A DNA stretch of 64,000 nucleotides, from assembly GCA_964451785.1 (NCBI GenBank), contig CAYVJG010000012.1:5620-69619 (forward strand), given 5' to 3'. A program made the translations under genes and the position numbers. Of this stretch, positions 10,460 to 19,818 are shown in pieces. The DNA is from an uncultured Flavobacteriaceae bacterium. Lineage in GTDB: Bacteria > Bacteroidota > Bacteroidia > Flavobacteriales > Flavobacteriaceae. How positions within the stretch are numbered: position 1 is the stretch's first letter; each line of letters begins with the position of its first letter. The notes under the pieces were generated by a model. The model saw only the letters and a list, made by a program, of their open reading frames with translations, made no database searches and was not told the DNA's origin.

Positions 10460-13396
10460 ATGAAACACTTGTTTTTAATTGTACTTACTTGTTTGCTTAT
10501 TCAGCCTGTGGCTTGGTCTCAAGAAAGTAAAATTATCGTAAAGGGATCTGTAGTCGATGCAGGTACGCAAACTCCAATTCCGGGAGTTTTTATTGTTGAA
10601 CAAGGAACTGATAATGGTGTAGTTACCGATTTTGATGGTAATTTTACAATTGAAGTTCCTGGAAATGCTAGCTTAGAAGCTTCATACATGGGCTACGCTA
10701 CTCAAACTGTAGCTGTCAACAATCAAACCGAACTGTTTATTAATCTAAAAGTATCTACCAATAGCCTTGATGAAGTTGTTATTGTGGGATATAGCACACA
10801 ACAAAAAGGAAAACTAACCGCTGCAGTTTCTACTATTGAAGGTGAAGACCTCGAAGAGGTGAGTACACCAAATGTGTCAGGAATGCTACAAGGAAAAGCT
10901 GCCGGTGTTCAAGTAGTTAATTCTAGTGGACAACCAGGAGCCTTGCCGGATATTCATATTCGTGGCATCTCTTCATTAAACGGAAGTACAAGTCCGCTTT
11001 GGGTAGTTGATGGGGTTATCGTTCACGGTACACCAAATATTGATCCTAATAATGTCAAGTCAATTTCTGTGTTGAAAGACGCTTCTGCAACCGCTCTTTA
11101 CGGTTCACGTGGTGCTAACGGAGTTGTGGTGGTGACCACTAAAACAGGTAAAGTTGGCGAGACCGTAGTTAATGTTAGTGCTCGTACTGGGTTTTCTAAC
11201 TTTAATATGGGGAATTTTGAAGTGATGAACTCTCAAGAACTCTACAATTATTATCAAAAGTTTAGTAACCCTGATCGAATTCCTGCCGGCATTACTGAAG
11301 ATGTGCTTAATACTGATTTTGATTGGGTTAAAAATGGAACGCAAACAGGCCAATTACAAGATTATAATGTGTCGCTTTCCGGAGGAACCGAAAAATCACG
11401 AACTTACTTATCTCTAGGCTATTTTGATGCTACAGGTACACTAAAAGGATTTGACTACAACCGTATGAGTATGCGCCTTAATTTAGAATATGATGTTACT
11501 GATAAACTAACCGTTAAGCCTAAAGTAGGGGTGAACTATACCACACGCAAAAATCGCCAACACGATTTGTATTCTATGTTTACAAACATGCCTTGGGATA
11601 ATCCTTATGCTGAAGATGGTTCAGTTGTTAATCCTCAGGAAACAGGTGTACAATGGTTTGGTCGTGATAAATCTAATTACTTATATGATTTACAGTGGAA
11701 TCACTCTAAAACAAATACCCTAAACTTGTTTACTAACATGGATTTGGTTTATGATATTACACCAAACTTGAAGTTTATCTCTACTAACAGTTATACCTTA
11801 TACTATAGTCGTGCTAAATCTTATACTGATCCACGCTCTAACGGTGGTAAAGCTATTGATGGCGCTTTAGAAGAATCAAATGCACAACGCATTACCAGAT
11901 TCACCAACCAAATGCTGCGTTATACCAACAAATTTGGAGATAATCAAGCGCATGAAATTAGTGCCTTAGCTGCTTATGAATATAATGATTATGTGTATGA
12001 AAGTATGGGCACACGCGGCATTGGCTTGATTGCCGGTAGTGAAATTTTAGATGTGACCGCAACCCCTGATAAGGCTTATGGAACTAAAAATGACTATGCT
12101 TTGCAATCATTTTTAACTAATGTTGACTATAGCTATGACGATCGCTATATGGGGCAAATATCTTTGCGTTATGACGGCGCGTCAAACTTTGGGGAGAACA
12201 ACAAATACGGAGTCTTTTACTCATTTAGTGGTGGATGGAATATTCACAATGAAAGCTTCTTCAAAAGCAATATTTTTGATCAGTTAAAACTCAGAGCTAG
12301 TTATGGTGCTGTCGGAAATAGACCGAGCTCATTGTATCCACAATACGCTTTATACGACATTAAAAATACCTATACAGGCCTGCCGGCTGCAACGCCTTCT
12401 CAATTAGGAAACCCTGATTTAGGTTGGGAAAAATCATACCAAACGAACCTTGCTGTTGACGCTATTGTCTTTGATCGTTTTAATGTGACTCTTGAATATT
12501 ATAACAAAAATACATCAGACTTGCTATATTTTGTAACCTTACCTTCTGTAACCGGTTATACAGGTTATTGGGAAAATATTGGTGGTGTGAAAAATACAGG
12601 AGTTGAACTTGCTGTAGGCGCTGATATCTTTAAACCTGAAAGCGATTTCCAATGGAACTTAAACGTTAATATTGGAAGCAACCAAAACGAAGTTACTGAT
12701 CTATATGAAGGACAAGAAGTTACTCGTGGGTACAAAATTACTCAAATCGGAGAAGATTTTAATACCTGGTACATGCGCAAATGGTTAGGCGTAGATCCTG
12801 AAAATGGAAATCCACTTTGGGAAGCCGTTGACCCTAATACTGGTGAGCGCACTGCAACATCAGATTATAACGAGGCGACTAAACAAAAGGTAGGAACTTC
12901 TAGTCCTGATTTTTACGGGGGTATAAATTCTGCTATGACTTATAAAGGCTTTAGCTTAAATATGAGCTTCTCTTTTGTCAGTGGCGGCGAAATCTTAAAC
13001 TTGTCTCGTCAGCTTTACGATGCCGATGGTACTTACCCAACTTACAATCAACAAAAACTAGCTGATGGCTGGAACCGTTGGGAAAAACCGGGCGACATAG
13101 CCACACACCCTAAATTAGTGTACGGTGGTAACAATAACTCCAATAAACCCTCTTCTCGTTATTTAGAAGACGGCAGTTATTTTAGATTGAGAAACATAAA
13201 ACTCGGTTATTCTTTTTCTGATAAAGTTACAGAATCACTTAAAATCAATCGTTTAAGTGTATATTTTACAGCAGACAATGTCTTTACGTTAACTGATTTT
13301 AGCGGTACAGACCCTGAAGTTGGTGTAGGGGGTATTTATAACAACCTCTATCCAATTCCGCGTCGTTTTGCCATAGGTGTTAATCTTTCTCTTTAA
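10460..13396 (+). CDS. SusC/RagA-family TonB-linked outer-membrane protein
   Basis: 978 aa with a signal peptide and CarboxypepD_reg N-domain (GSVVDAGTQTPIPGV). It carries the SusC signature region (DEVVIVGYSTQQK, LYGSRGANGVVVVTTKTG) and a C-terminal barrel. Confidence 0.93.
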   Translation: MKHLFLIVLTCLLIQPVAWSQESKIIVKGSVVDAGTQTPIPGVFIVEQGTDNGVVTDFDGNFTIEVPGNASLEASYMGYATQTVAVNNQTELFINLKVSTNSLDEVVIVGYSTQQKGKLTAAVSTIEGEDLEEVSTPNVSGMLQGKAAGVQVVNSSGQPGALPDIHIRGISSLNGSTSPLWVVDGVIVHGTPNIDPNNVKSISVLKDASATALYGSRGANGVVVVTTKTGKVGETVVNVSARTGFSNFNMGNFEVMNSQELYNYYQKFSNPDRIPAGITEDVLNTDFDWVKNGTQTGQLQDYNVSLSGGTEKSRTYLSLGYFDATGTLKGFDYNRMSMRLNLEYDVTDKLTVKPKVGVNYTTRKNRQHDLYSMFTNMPWDNPYAEDGSVVNPQETGVQWFGRDKSNYLYDLQWNHSKTNTLNLFTNMDLVYDITPNLKFISTNSYTLYYSRAKSYTDPRSNGGKAIDGALEESNAQRITRFTNQMLRYTNKFGDNQAHEISALAAYEYNDYVYESMGTRGIGLIAGSEILDVTATPDKAYGTKNDYALQSFLTNVDYSYDDRYMGQISLRYDGASNFGENNKYGVFYSFSGGWNIHNESFFKSNIFDQLKLRASYGAVGNRPSSLYPQYALYDIKNTYTGLPAATPSQLGNPDLGWEKSYQTNLAVDAIVFDRFNVTLEYYNKNTSDLLYFVTLPSVTGYTGYWENIGGVKNTGVELAVGADIFKPESDFQWNLNVNIGSNQNEVTDLYEGQEVTRGYKITQIGEDFNTWYMRKWLGVDPENGNPLWEAVDPNTGERTATSDYNEATKQKVGTSSPDFYGGINSAMTYKGFSLNMSFSFVSGGEILNLSRQLYDADGTYPTYNQQKLADGWNRWEKPGDIATHPKLVYGGNNNSNKPSSRYLEDGSYFRLRNIKLGYSFSDKVTESLKINRLSVYFTADNVFTLTDFSGTDPEVGVGGIYNNLYPIPRRFAIGVNLSL

Positions 13397-13407
13397 AACT
13401 AAGCCAA

Positions 13408-15063
13408 ATGAAAAAATCAATTTATATTATTTTATTAAGCGTTTTTCTATTTAGCGCTTGTGATATTGAACGTCATCCCTATGATTCAGTGGTGACCGAA
13501 GACTTGTTAAGTACTGAAGAGGGGTTACAAGCGGCTACGCTCGGTAATTACGCCATTCTTAAAGGCCCTGTTGACAGCGATGGTTGGGCGGCTGTTTTAC
13601 ACAGAATTGTAGAATATGCCGGAGATAATGTGTCGCTGAGTGGCGCGACTACAGATCAACTGTACTATTTTTATAACTATAAGAATATTAAAAATAACGG
13701 TAGATCAAATTCATTCTGGAATTTGTCTTATAAGGCTATAGTTGGCGCTAATAAAGTTATCGAACTTGTTGACGAAGGCGTTTCTGCCGAAAACGATCAG
13801 TTAATCGGTGAAAACTATTATTTAAGAGCTTTGATTTACTTCCAAATAGTCAATGTGTACGGTCGTCAATATGCGCAAGATCCTAATGCGCTAGGGGTAC
13901 CACTTAAATTGACTTCAGATATTACTGACCTTCCTGATCGCAATACGGTTGGTGAAGTGTATGAGCAAGTGGTTAAAGACCTTAAAAAAGCAGAATCTTT
14001 AATGAGTATTGACAAAGGCCCTGCTTTTGCTTCTAAACCGGCTGCTCAAGCATTGTTGTCACGGGTTTATTTGTATATGGAAGAAAATCAGTTGGCTATT
14101 GATTATGCCAATAAGGTGATCGAATCTGGTAAATACTCATTAGTGCCTACCACTCAATTTGGGGATTATATTAAAATGGAACCTAAAAATAATCCGGAAA
14201 CTATTTTCGCCATTAAATACGAAAAAGAATCAGATTATGGCAGTGGCTATTATACTGTAGGTTCATTCTATGCGCAGATTGAAGGTGTAGGCTGGGGCGA
14301 AATGTACGCGTCTAGTTCTTACCTCAACTTGATTAATCAACATCCTGAAGATGTGCGTAAAGAATTTATAGATCCACAATATTTGTTAGATGATAACGGC
14401 AACAAAATTCCTGCAGTTTACTGGGTTGACGAAGATTATAACTATGTGTTTAAACGCACCACTACGCAAAACGGCAATTTGTATTTTGACGATAATGGCA
14501 CCCAACGTCAAGTGGTGACTGAGTCACAAACCGGAATGGCTGATAAGTACTACTTTATCAATGCAGATGGCGATAAAACCTATGTCACTAAAGGTTATGA
14601 TATTGATAAACGCAATGGTTATCCTAAATTTTACATCTTAAAATGCTCATTACAACAAGATGTACCACAATTGTGGTCGCCAGTGATTTCACGTTTAGGC
14701 GAATTGTACCTCAATCGCGCAGAGGCTTATGCTAAGTTGGGTAACGCAGCAGCAGCTTTAGAAGATGTTAATCGCATTAGAACGCGTGCCGGTATTCCTA
14801 CTTATACTTCTGCAGCTGATTTTCCTACCGGAATGGATATTTTAGATATCGTCTTGCAAGAACGTCATCTAGAAATGGCTTGGGAAGGTCAACGCAAATT
14901 TGATATTTTCCGCAATGGACTTACTTTAGATCGCCATTATCCGGGTTCTCATCTCAATGGAAATTCTCCTTATTATGAAGTTACTCCTCAGGATAATCGC
15001 ACAATCTTGTTTATTCCGGAACAACAAATGGAGGCTCAACCTTCTTTACAACAAAATCCTTAA
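13408..15063 (+). CDS. SusD/RagB-family nutrient-binding lipoprotein
   Basis: 551 aa with lipoprotein leader LFSAC. It sits immediately after SusC and has a TPR-like SusD C-terminal region (LYLNRAEAYAKLGN, ERHLEMAWEGQRKFD). Confidence 0.92.
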   Translation: MKKSIYIILLSVFLFSACDIERHPYDSVVTEDLLSTEEGLQAATLGNYAILKGPVDSDGWAAVLHRIVEYAGDNVSLSGATTDQLYYFYNYKNIKNNGRSNSFWNLSYKAIVGANKVIELVDEGVSAENDQLIGENYYLRALIYFQIVNVYGRQYAQDPNALGVPLKLTSDITDLPDRNTVGEVYEQVVKDLKKAESLMSIDKGPAFASKPAAQALLSRVYLYMEENQLAIDYANKVIESGKYSLVPTTQFGDYIKMEPKNNPETIFAIKYEKESDYGSGYYTVGSFYAQIEGVGWGEMYASSSYLNLINQHPEDVRKEFIDPQYLLDDNGNKIPAVYWVDEDYNYVFKRTTTQNGNLYFDDNGTQRQVVTESQTGMADKYYFINADGDKTYVTKGYDIDKRNGYPKFYILKCSLQQDVPQLWSPVISRLGELYLNRAEAYAKLGNAAAALEDVNRIRTRAGIPTYTSAADFPTGMDILDIVLQERHLEMAWEGQRKFDIFRNGLTLDRHYPGSHLNGNSPYYEVTPQDNRTILFIPEQQMEAQPSLQQNP

Positions 15064-15094
15064 GCTTTTGAATTGACTGCTTAATGTTATAAAA

Positions 15095-15126
15095 GGGAAC
15101 ACTTGCTAAAAGTTGTTCCCTTTTTT
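15095..15126 (+). terminator. Rho-independent terminator after susD
   Basis: Hairpin gggaaca..tgttccc followed by tttttt. Confidence 0.75.
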
Positions 15127-15335
15127 AGTAACCAAGGTTTCGGAGTTAGTTTACTTTGATCTTTAGTATTGAACTACTTCGCAGTTCTGTAAGATGCGGC
15201 AATCCCAGTGCCCCGAGTTTTGCACTCGGGATTAATCAAATTCAATTTTTTAGGGATACTACCATTTTTTAAAAGCAGAATCCTTTATATTGGTCTAATT
15301 TGATACTTTTGTAAACTCTAATTTTTCTGTTCTAA

Positions 15336-17327
15336 ATGATAAAAAAATCTACCATAGATCGTGTTTTTGAAGCTGCTCGCGTAGAGGAAGTCATCGGTGA
15401 TTATGTCAGTCTCAAACGTTCTGGTAGTAATTTTAAAGGCTTAAGTCCGTTTACTGATGAGCGTACGCCGAGTTTTATGGTGTCGCCGGCAAAGCAGATT
15501 TGGAAAGATTTTTCGAGTGGAAAAGGCGGGAGCGTCGTCACATTTTTGATGGAGCACGAGCACTTTAGTTATCCGGAAGCCATTAAGCATTTGGCTAAAA
15601 AATACGGCATCGAAATAGAAGAAACCGAGCAGACAGAGGAAGAAAAAAAGGAAGCTGACGAGCGCGAAAGCATGTATCTGGTCAATACATTTGCTAATAC
15701 ATATTTCCAAAATCAATTGCAGCGAACAGAAGTCGGTAAGGCCATAGGACTGAGTTATTTTAAAGAACGCGGCTTTACAGATGAAACCCTTAAACAATTT
15801 GAACTCGGTTATTCTCCAGACCAATGGGAAGCCTTTACTCAAACCGCTTTAGGAAAAGGCTATAAATTAGAATTTCTAGAAAAAACAGGTCTAACAGTAG
15901 TGAAATCCGGGAGCGATGGCTTGCCAGCCAAGCAATTTGACCGCTTTAAAGGACGCGTGATGTTTCCTATTCACTCCATGTCGGGGCGCGTTTTAGGTTT
16001 TGGCGGACGTATTTTAGACAATACTAAAAAAGCCGCTAAATACCTCAACTCACCTGAAAGTGAAGTCTATCACAAAAGCAAAGTGCTTTATGGCTTATAC
16101 CAAGCTAAGAAAAGTATTGCAAAAGAAGACGTGTGTTATTTGGTTGAGGGCTATGCGGATGTTATCCAATTTCACCAAAGCGGGATTACCAATACTGTGG
16201 CCTCTTCAGGGACGGCTTTAACACCTGACCAGATTCGACTCATTCGTCGGTTAACTAAAAATATTATTGTGTTATATGACGGTGATGCTGCCGGAGCGCG
16301 GGCATCTTTGCGCGGTATAGACTTGATTTTGGAGCAAGATATGCACGTTAAGGTTTGTTCGTTTCCAGAAGGCGATGATCCCGATAGCTTTGCAAAAAAG
16401 CATACCACTGACGAAATTAAAGAATTCTTGGCCTCTAATGCTAAAGATTTTATCCATTATAAGGCTGAAATCTTAATGGCTGATGCACAAAATGACCCGG
16501 TTAAAAAAGCAGGAGTGATTCGTGATATGATGCATAGCATTGCAAAAATTCCTGATGATATTCAGCAAGAACTCTATTTGCGCGCGTGTGCTAAATTGAT
16601 GGATATTTCTGAAAATGCCTTGTATAGCACTTTAGCCCAAATTAAAGCTAAAGAAGAAAAAGATAATCGTCGTCAGAACAAATCTGATGCGGCTGCTAAA
16701 CCACTGCAGGTTGTCAAAAATGATGCTGTAGATACTCGAAAAATTGATCCTCAAGAAAAGTTAGAATACAATATCATTAAGCTGTTACTGCTTTATGGGG
16801 ATATGGAAGGGAAGTTTGTAGATTATCTTTTAAAAAAGAACGAAGACGAAGAACTGGAGTTAGAAGAATCTGTTGAGCATATCAAAGTTTACGAAAAAAT
16901 ATATAAAGATATTCAAGAAGATGAATCTGAATTTGCTAATGAAAAGTTTAGAGTTCTTTATAGTTTCGTTATAAAGGAATATGAACAAAAGCAGAAGTTA
17001 GTTGTCAAAGAGCTTATTCATGATGCAGACCCTGAAATAACAGCAGATTTGACGTCTATATTGATGCAAAACGATCACTATAAACTGCACGATTGGGAGC
17101 GCCATGGCATCTTTGTCAAAGATATTTCGCAGTTAGAAGAAAAAGAAGTGATACAAACTATTCTTAATCTGCGCACACGTCTTTTAAAGAAAAAAGTGGA
17201 TGCTTTACTGCAAGAGATGATGAATGATCGCGAAAACCAACATGTAGACATTCTTGAAGTTATCAGAGATTATAAAAAGCTACAGGTTTTAATTGCCCAT
17301 AAATTAGACAATGTCATTCGTCCGTAA
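15336..17327 (+). CDS. dnaG: DNA primase
   Basis: 663 aa. The N-terminus is CHC2 zinc-finger-like (GLSPFTDERTPSFMVSP). The Toprim region contains EGYADV and LYDGDAAG. Confidence 0.93.
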   Translation: MIKKSTIDRVFEAARVEEVIGDYVSLKRSGSNFKGLSPFTDERTPSFMVSPAKQIWKDFSSGKGGSVVTFLMEHEHFSYPEAIKHLAKKYGIEIEETEQTEEEKKEADERESMYLVNTFANTYFQNQLQRTEVGKAIGLSYFKERGFTDETLKQFELGYSPDQWEAFTQTALGKGYKLEFLEKTGLTVVKSGSDGLPAKQFDRFKGRVMFPIHSMSGRVLGFGGRILDNTKKAAKYLNSPESEVYHKSKVLYGLYQAKKSIAKEDVCYLVEGYADVIQFHQSGITNTVASSGTALTPDQIRLIRRLTKNIIVLYDGDAAGARASLRGIDLILEQDMHVKVCSFPEGDDPDSFAKKHTTDEIKEFLASNAKDFIHYKAEILMADAQNDPVKKAGVIRDMMHSIAKIPDDIQQELYLRACAKLMDISENALYSTLAQIKAKEEKDNRRQNKSDAAAKPLQVVKNDAVDTRKIDPQEKLEYNIIKLLLLYGDMEGKFVDYLLKKNEDEELELEESVEHIKVYEKIYKDIQEDESEFANEKFRVLYSFVIKEYEQKQKLVVKELIHDADPEITADLTSILMQNDHYKLHDWERHGIFVKDISQLEEKEVIQTILNLRTRLLKKKVDALLQEMMNDRENQHVDILEVIRDYKKLQVLIAHKLDNVIRP

Positions 17328-17338
17328 AAACGGCTCAT

Positions 17339-17381
17339 AAAAAAACTCCCTATAAATTATTGAATTTACAGAGAGTTTTGT
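17339..17381. terminator. Hairpin between convergent dnaG and the DUF5606-like gene
   Basis: aactccctataaatt-attg-aatttacagagagtt, a 15 bp stem with 2 mismatches, flanked by an A-run and ttt. Confidence 0.5.
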
Positions 17382-17398
17382 GTGGTTAGCTTATAAAA

Positions 17399-17842
17399 CT
17401 AAGCCTTCTCTTCAGCAACTGTTTCTTCAACAGCTTCTTCTTCAGTTTCTTCTGATTTAGTGAAAGACGTAATGCCGTTTTCAATTAATAAGTTGTACCA
17501 TTGGAACACTTTTTTGATATCGCTACCATATACGCGATCAGCATCGTATTCTGGAAGGATTTCTGAAAAATAGGCTTCTAGTTCAGCTTTAGAACTTTTG
17601 TGGCTGATAGATTTTTTACCCTCTTCCTTAGCGTAAATTTTTTCAAAAACTACAGGTAAAGGCATTTCGTCATCAACAGTATAAATAGCAATTTCACTGA
17701 GCATGCTCACATCGTGACGCAAGTTAACGGCTAATTTTTTGCCATTGATTAACGATTCAGCAACAAATCCTGCACGGGTTTGCGCTTTTAACTCATATAA
17801 ACCCGGTTTTCCGGAAATCGAAAGAATTTTTTCTAAGCTCAT
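17399..17842 (-). CDS. Conserved Bacteroidota protein (DUF5606-like)
   Basis: The ORF track gives 154 aa. The likely real start is MSLEKILSISGKPGLYEL (7 codons in). The C-terminal tail is acidic. The family name is recalled, not verified. Confidence 0.6.
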   Translation of the reverse strand: MSLEKILSISGKPGLYELKAQTRAGFVAESLINGKKLAVNLRHDVSMLSEIAIYTVDDEMPLPVVFEKIYAKEEGKKSISHKSSKAELEAYFSEILPEYDADRVYGSDIKKVFQWYNLLIENGITSFTKSEETEEEAVEETVAEEKA

Positions 17843-17894
17843 TTTATTTTTTTTGAGGAGCAAATATGCAATCTCTGCTGGATATTACAAAATA

Positions 17895-18485
17895 TCAACG
17901 CGTTTTTTTTGCTTTTGGAAAACGCATGCGATAATCAATATTGATATTGCCCTTTGCTATGTTTTTTAATTTATTATTAATCAAGCGCTTCTTTAAACTC
18001 GATAACTTGTCAGTAAATAAAATCCCTTCAATATGATCGTATTCGTGTTGTACAACGCGCGCTAAAAGACCATCAATAGTATCGACATGGTGCTCAAAAT
18101 TTTCGTCGTAATAATCGATGGTGATTTCTTCAGGTCTGAAGACATCTTCATGAATACCGGGAATACTCAAGCAGCCTTCCATAAAGCCCCATTCTTCTCC
18201 TTGACGATGTGTGATTTTAGGATTGATAAATACTTTTTTAGACTGTTTTAAAATCTCTTTTTCTTCATCATCTAAGTCATCATCCTCAGCAAAAGGAGAG
18301 GGGTCAACAACAAATAAACGTATAGAACGACCAATTTGTGGCGCTGCAATACCAACACCACTGGCATTATACATGGTTTCAAACATATTTTCAATAAGTT
18401 CTTGAAGCCCATCGTAGTCTTTGCTGATGTCTTGTGCTTTTTTCTTTAATACGGTATCTCCGTATGCGACGATTGGTAAAATCAT
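17895..18485 (-). CDS. def: Peptide deformylase
   Basis: Motifs GVGIAAPQIG, EGCLSIPG and HEYDHIEG. The start was chosen at MILPIVAYGD rather than the upstream ATG of the track ORF. Confidence 0.93.
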   Translation of the reverse strand: MILPIVAYGDTVLKKKAQDISKDYDGLQELIENMFETMYNASGVGIAAPQIGRSIRLFVVDPSPFAEDDDLDDEEKEILKQSKKVFINPKITHRQGEEWGFMEGCLSIPGIHEDVFRPEEITIDYYDENFEHHVDTIDGLLARVVQHEYDHIEGILFTDKLSSLKKRLINNKLKNIAKGNINIDYRMRFPKAKKTR

Positions 18486-18683
18486 AATTTTCAATCTTGT
18501 GGATTGCAAATGTAAGAAATTGTCTATTTTTAGAATACATTTGCTACTGATTTATAGTTGTTTTATCAATAATGTCCAAAACGGTTTTCGAAAATCTCTG
18601 TAAAACACTTGTATATTTTGTTCTTGAACGATTTTAGTATTGAAAAGATTGTTTTTAAAAGTTTTACTTCTTTTGGCCTATCG

Positions 18684-18811
18684 AAAATTTATCGTAAAAT
18701 TTGAAGTGAAAATACCGTAAAATTTTAGGCTGTTCGAGCTGGATGTATTTTTTATATTGAGCTGAATTTCAGTAGCGAGTTCCTAAAATTTAGGTATTGA
18801 ACGATAAATTT
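18684..18811. repeat. ~128 bp imperfect palindromic element (R5) in the def-ruvX spacer
   Basis: Inverted pairs are aaatttatcgt/acgataaattt and aataccgtaaaattttagg/cctaaaatttaggtatt. It shares the ataccgta motif with family R3. Confidence 0.6.
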
Positions 18812-18906
18812 AGATAAAGTTTCGTCAGCCTAGATTTTTTTGGTTCGTTTTTTCATCAATGGAAAAAATGAACAACATAAGCATTTAAGACAGAATTGTT
18901 GTTTTA

Positions 18907-19311
18907 TCAATACAAGTAGCTTTGTAAGATGACAGTGGCACTAATCTCATCGATTAAAGCTTTGTTGCGACGCTTCTTTTTGCCCAATCCACTGTCTATC
19001 ATCGTCTGAAAAGCTATTTTAGAACTGTAGCGCTCATCGACACGCTTGTAAGGCATCTCAGGGAATTTAGCGGTAAAAACTTTTAAAAATTCTTGAATAT
19101 ACACCTCGCTTTGTGATGGGCTGCCGTCTTTTTGCTTAGGTTCACCAACTAATACAAGTTCAACCGACTCTTTAGCAAAGTAATCTGTTAAAAATGGAAT
19201 CAATTCTGGCGTGTGGACGGTGGTTAACCCCGATGCAATAATCTTCATCTCATCTGTAACCGCTATTCCACAGCGTTTCGTGCCGTAATCTATTGCTAAA
19301 ATCCTTGCCAT
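18907..19311 (-). CDS. ruvX: Holliday junction resolvase-like protein RuvX/YqgF
   Basis: MARILAIDYGTKRCGIAVTD is the typical YqgF N-terminus. The track ORF's 43-codon upstream extension runs into repeat R3 and is rejected. Confidence 0.88.
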   Translation of the reverse strand: MARILAIDYGTKRCGIAVTDEMKIIASGLTTVHTPELIPFLTDYFAKESVELVLVGEPKQKDGSPSQSEVYIQEFLKVFTAKFPEMPYKRVDERYSSKIAFQTMIDSGLGKKKRRNKALIDEISATVILQSYLY

Positions 19312-19408
19312 ATTTTTATTTTGCACAAAGATAAAGTTTATTCTTAAACTGCTTTTGATTTTTCTGTTTTGGTTTTGGAGAGTGAGCGTTTCAGTTGCCA
19401 TAAGGAGT

Positions 19409-19541
19409 CTAATACCGTATGGATAAATTAAATAGTCCAATTTCGACTTTGTCTCATTGTACTAGTAATTTATATACCACGATATTATACCTATAAAGAA
19501 TATTCTAAATCGGACTAAAAAAATAATTCTAACGGGTATAA
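19409..19541 (+). mobile_element. R3 MITE/REP-like element, copy 1 (133 bp)
   Basis: Begins ctaataccgtatgg and ends gggtataa. Nearly the same sequence occurs at 54455-54586, 25687-25819 (reverse) and 41667-41786. Confidence 0.8.
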
Positions 19542-19731
19542 TATTCTAGGGTAAAGAATAGGTGTAAGAATTATTTATGATAATATTCCCGTCCGTTTCC
19601 TGTGTTAAAAGTGGGGCTTTGGGTTAGAAAGGGAAAGCGACGGTGTTTCCAACGATTGCGATTTTTCTTTTCCCCAGCCCTAAAGGTTGTGAAAATCATG
19701 AAACTTTGTTTTTGCTGAAGGTTATTAGAAT

Positions 19732-19789
19732 AATTTTACATATCTTTAACAAACGCAAATCAACCGTGTTACTTTTAACAAAACCCTAA
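19732..19789 (+). repeat. Left 58 bp direct repeat bracketing the RHS island
   Basis: aattttacatatctttaacaaaCgcaaatcaaccgt..aacaaaaccctaa matches 23338-23395 with 5 mismatches. It is in frame with the downstream RHS ORF. Confidence 0.85.
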
Positions 19790-19818
19790 GGGGGAAACAC
19801 TATGACGAATTCAACCGC

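Noticed and set aside
15441-15842. 133 aa minus-strand ORF inside dnaG
   Set aside because: It is an antisense shadow ORF within a well-supported primase gene.
19312-19440. 43-codon N-terminal extension of ruvX
   Set aside because: The extension runs into the R3 repeat. The canonical YqgF N-terminus MARILAIDYG begins at 19311.
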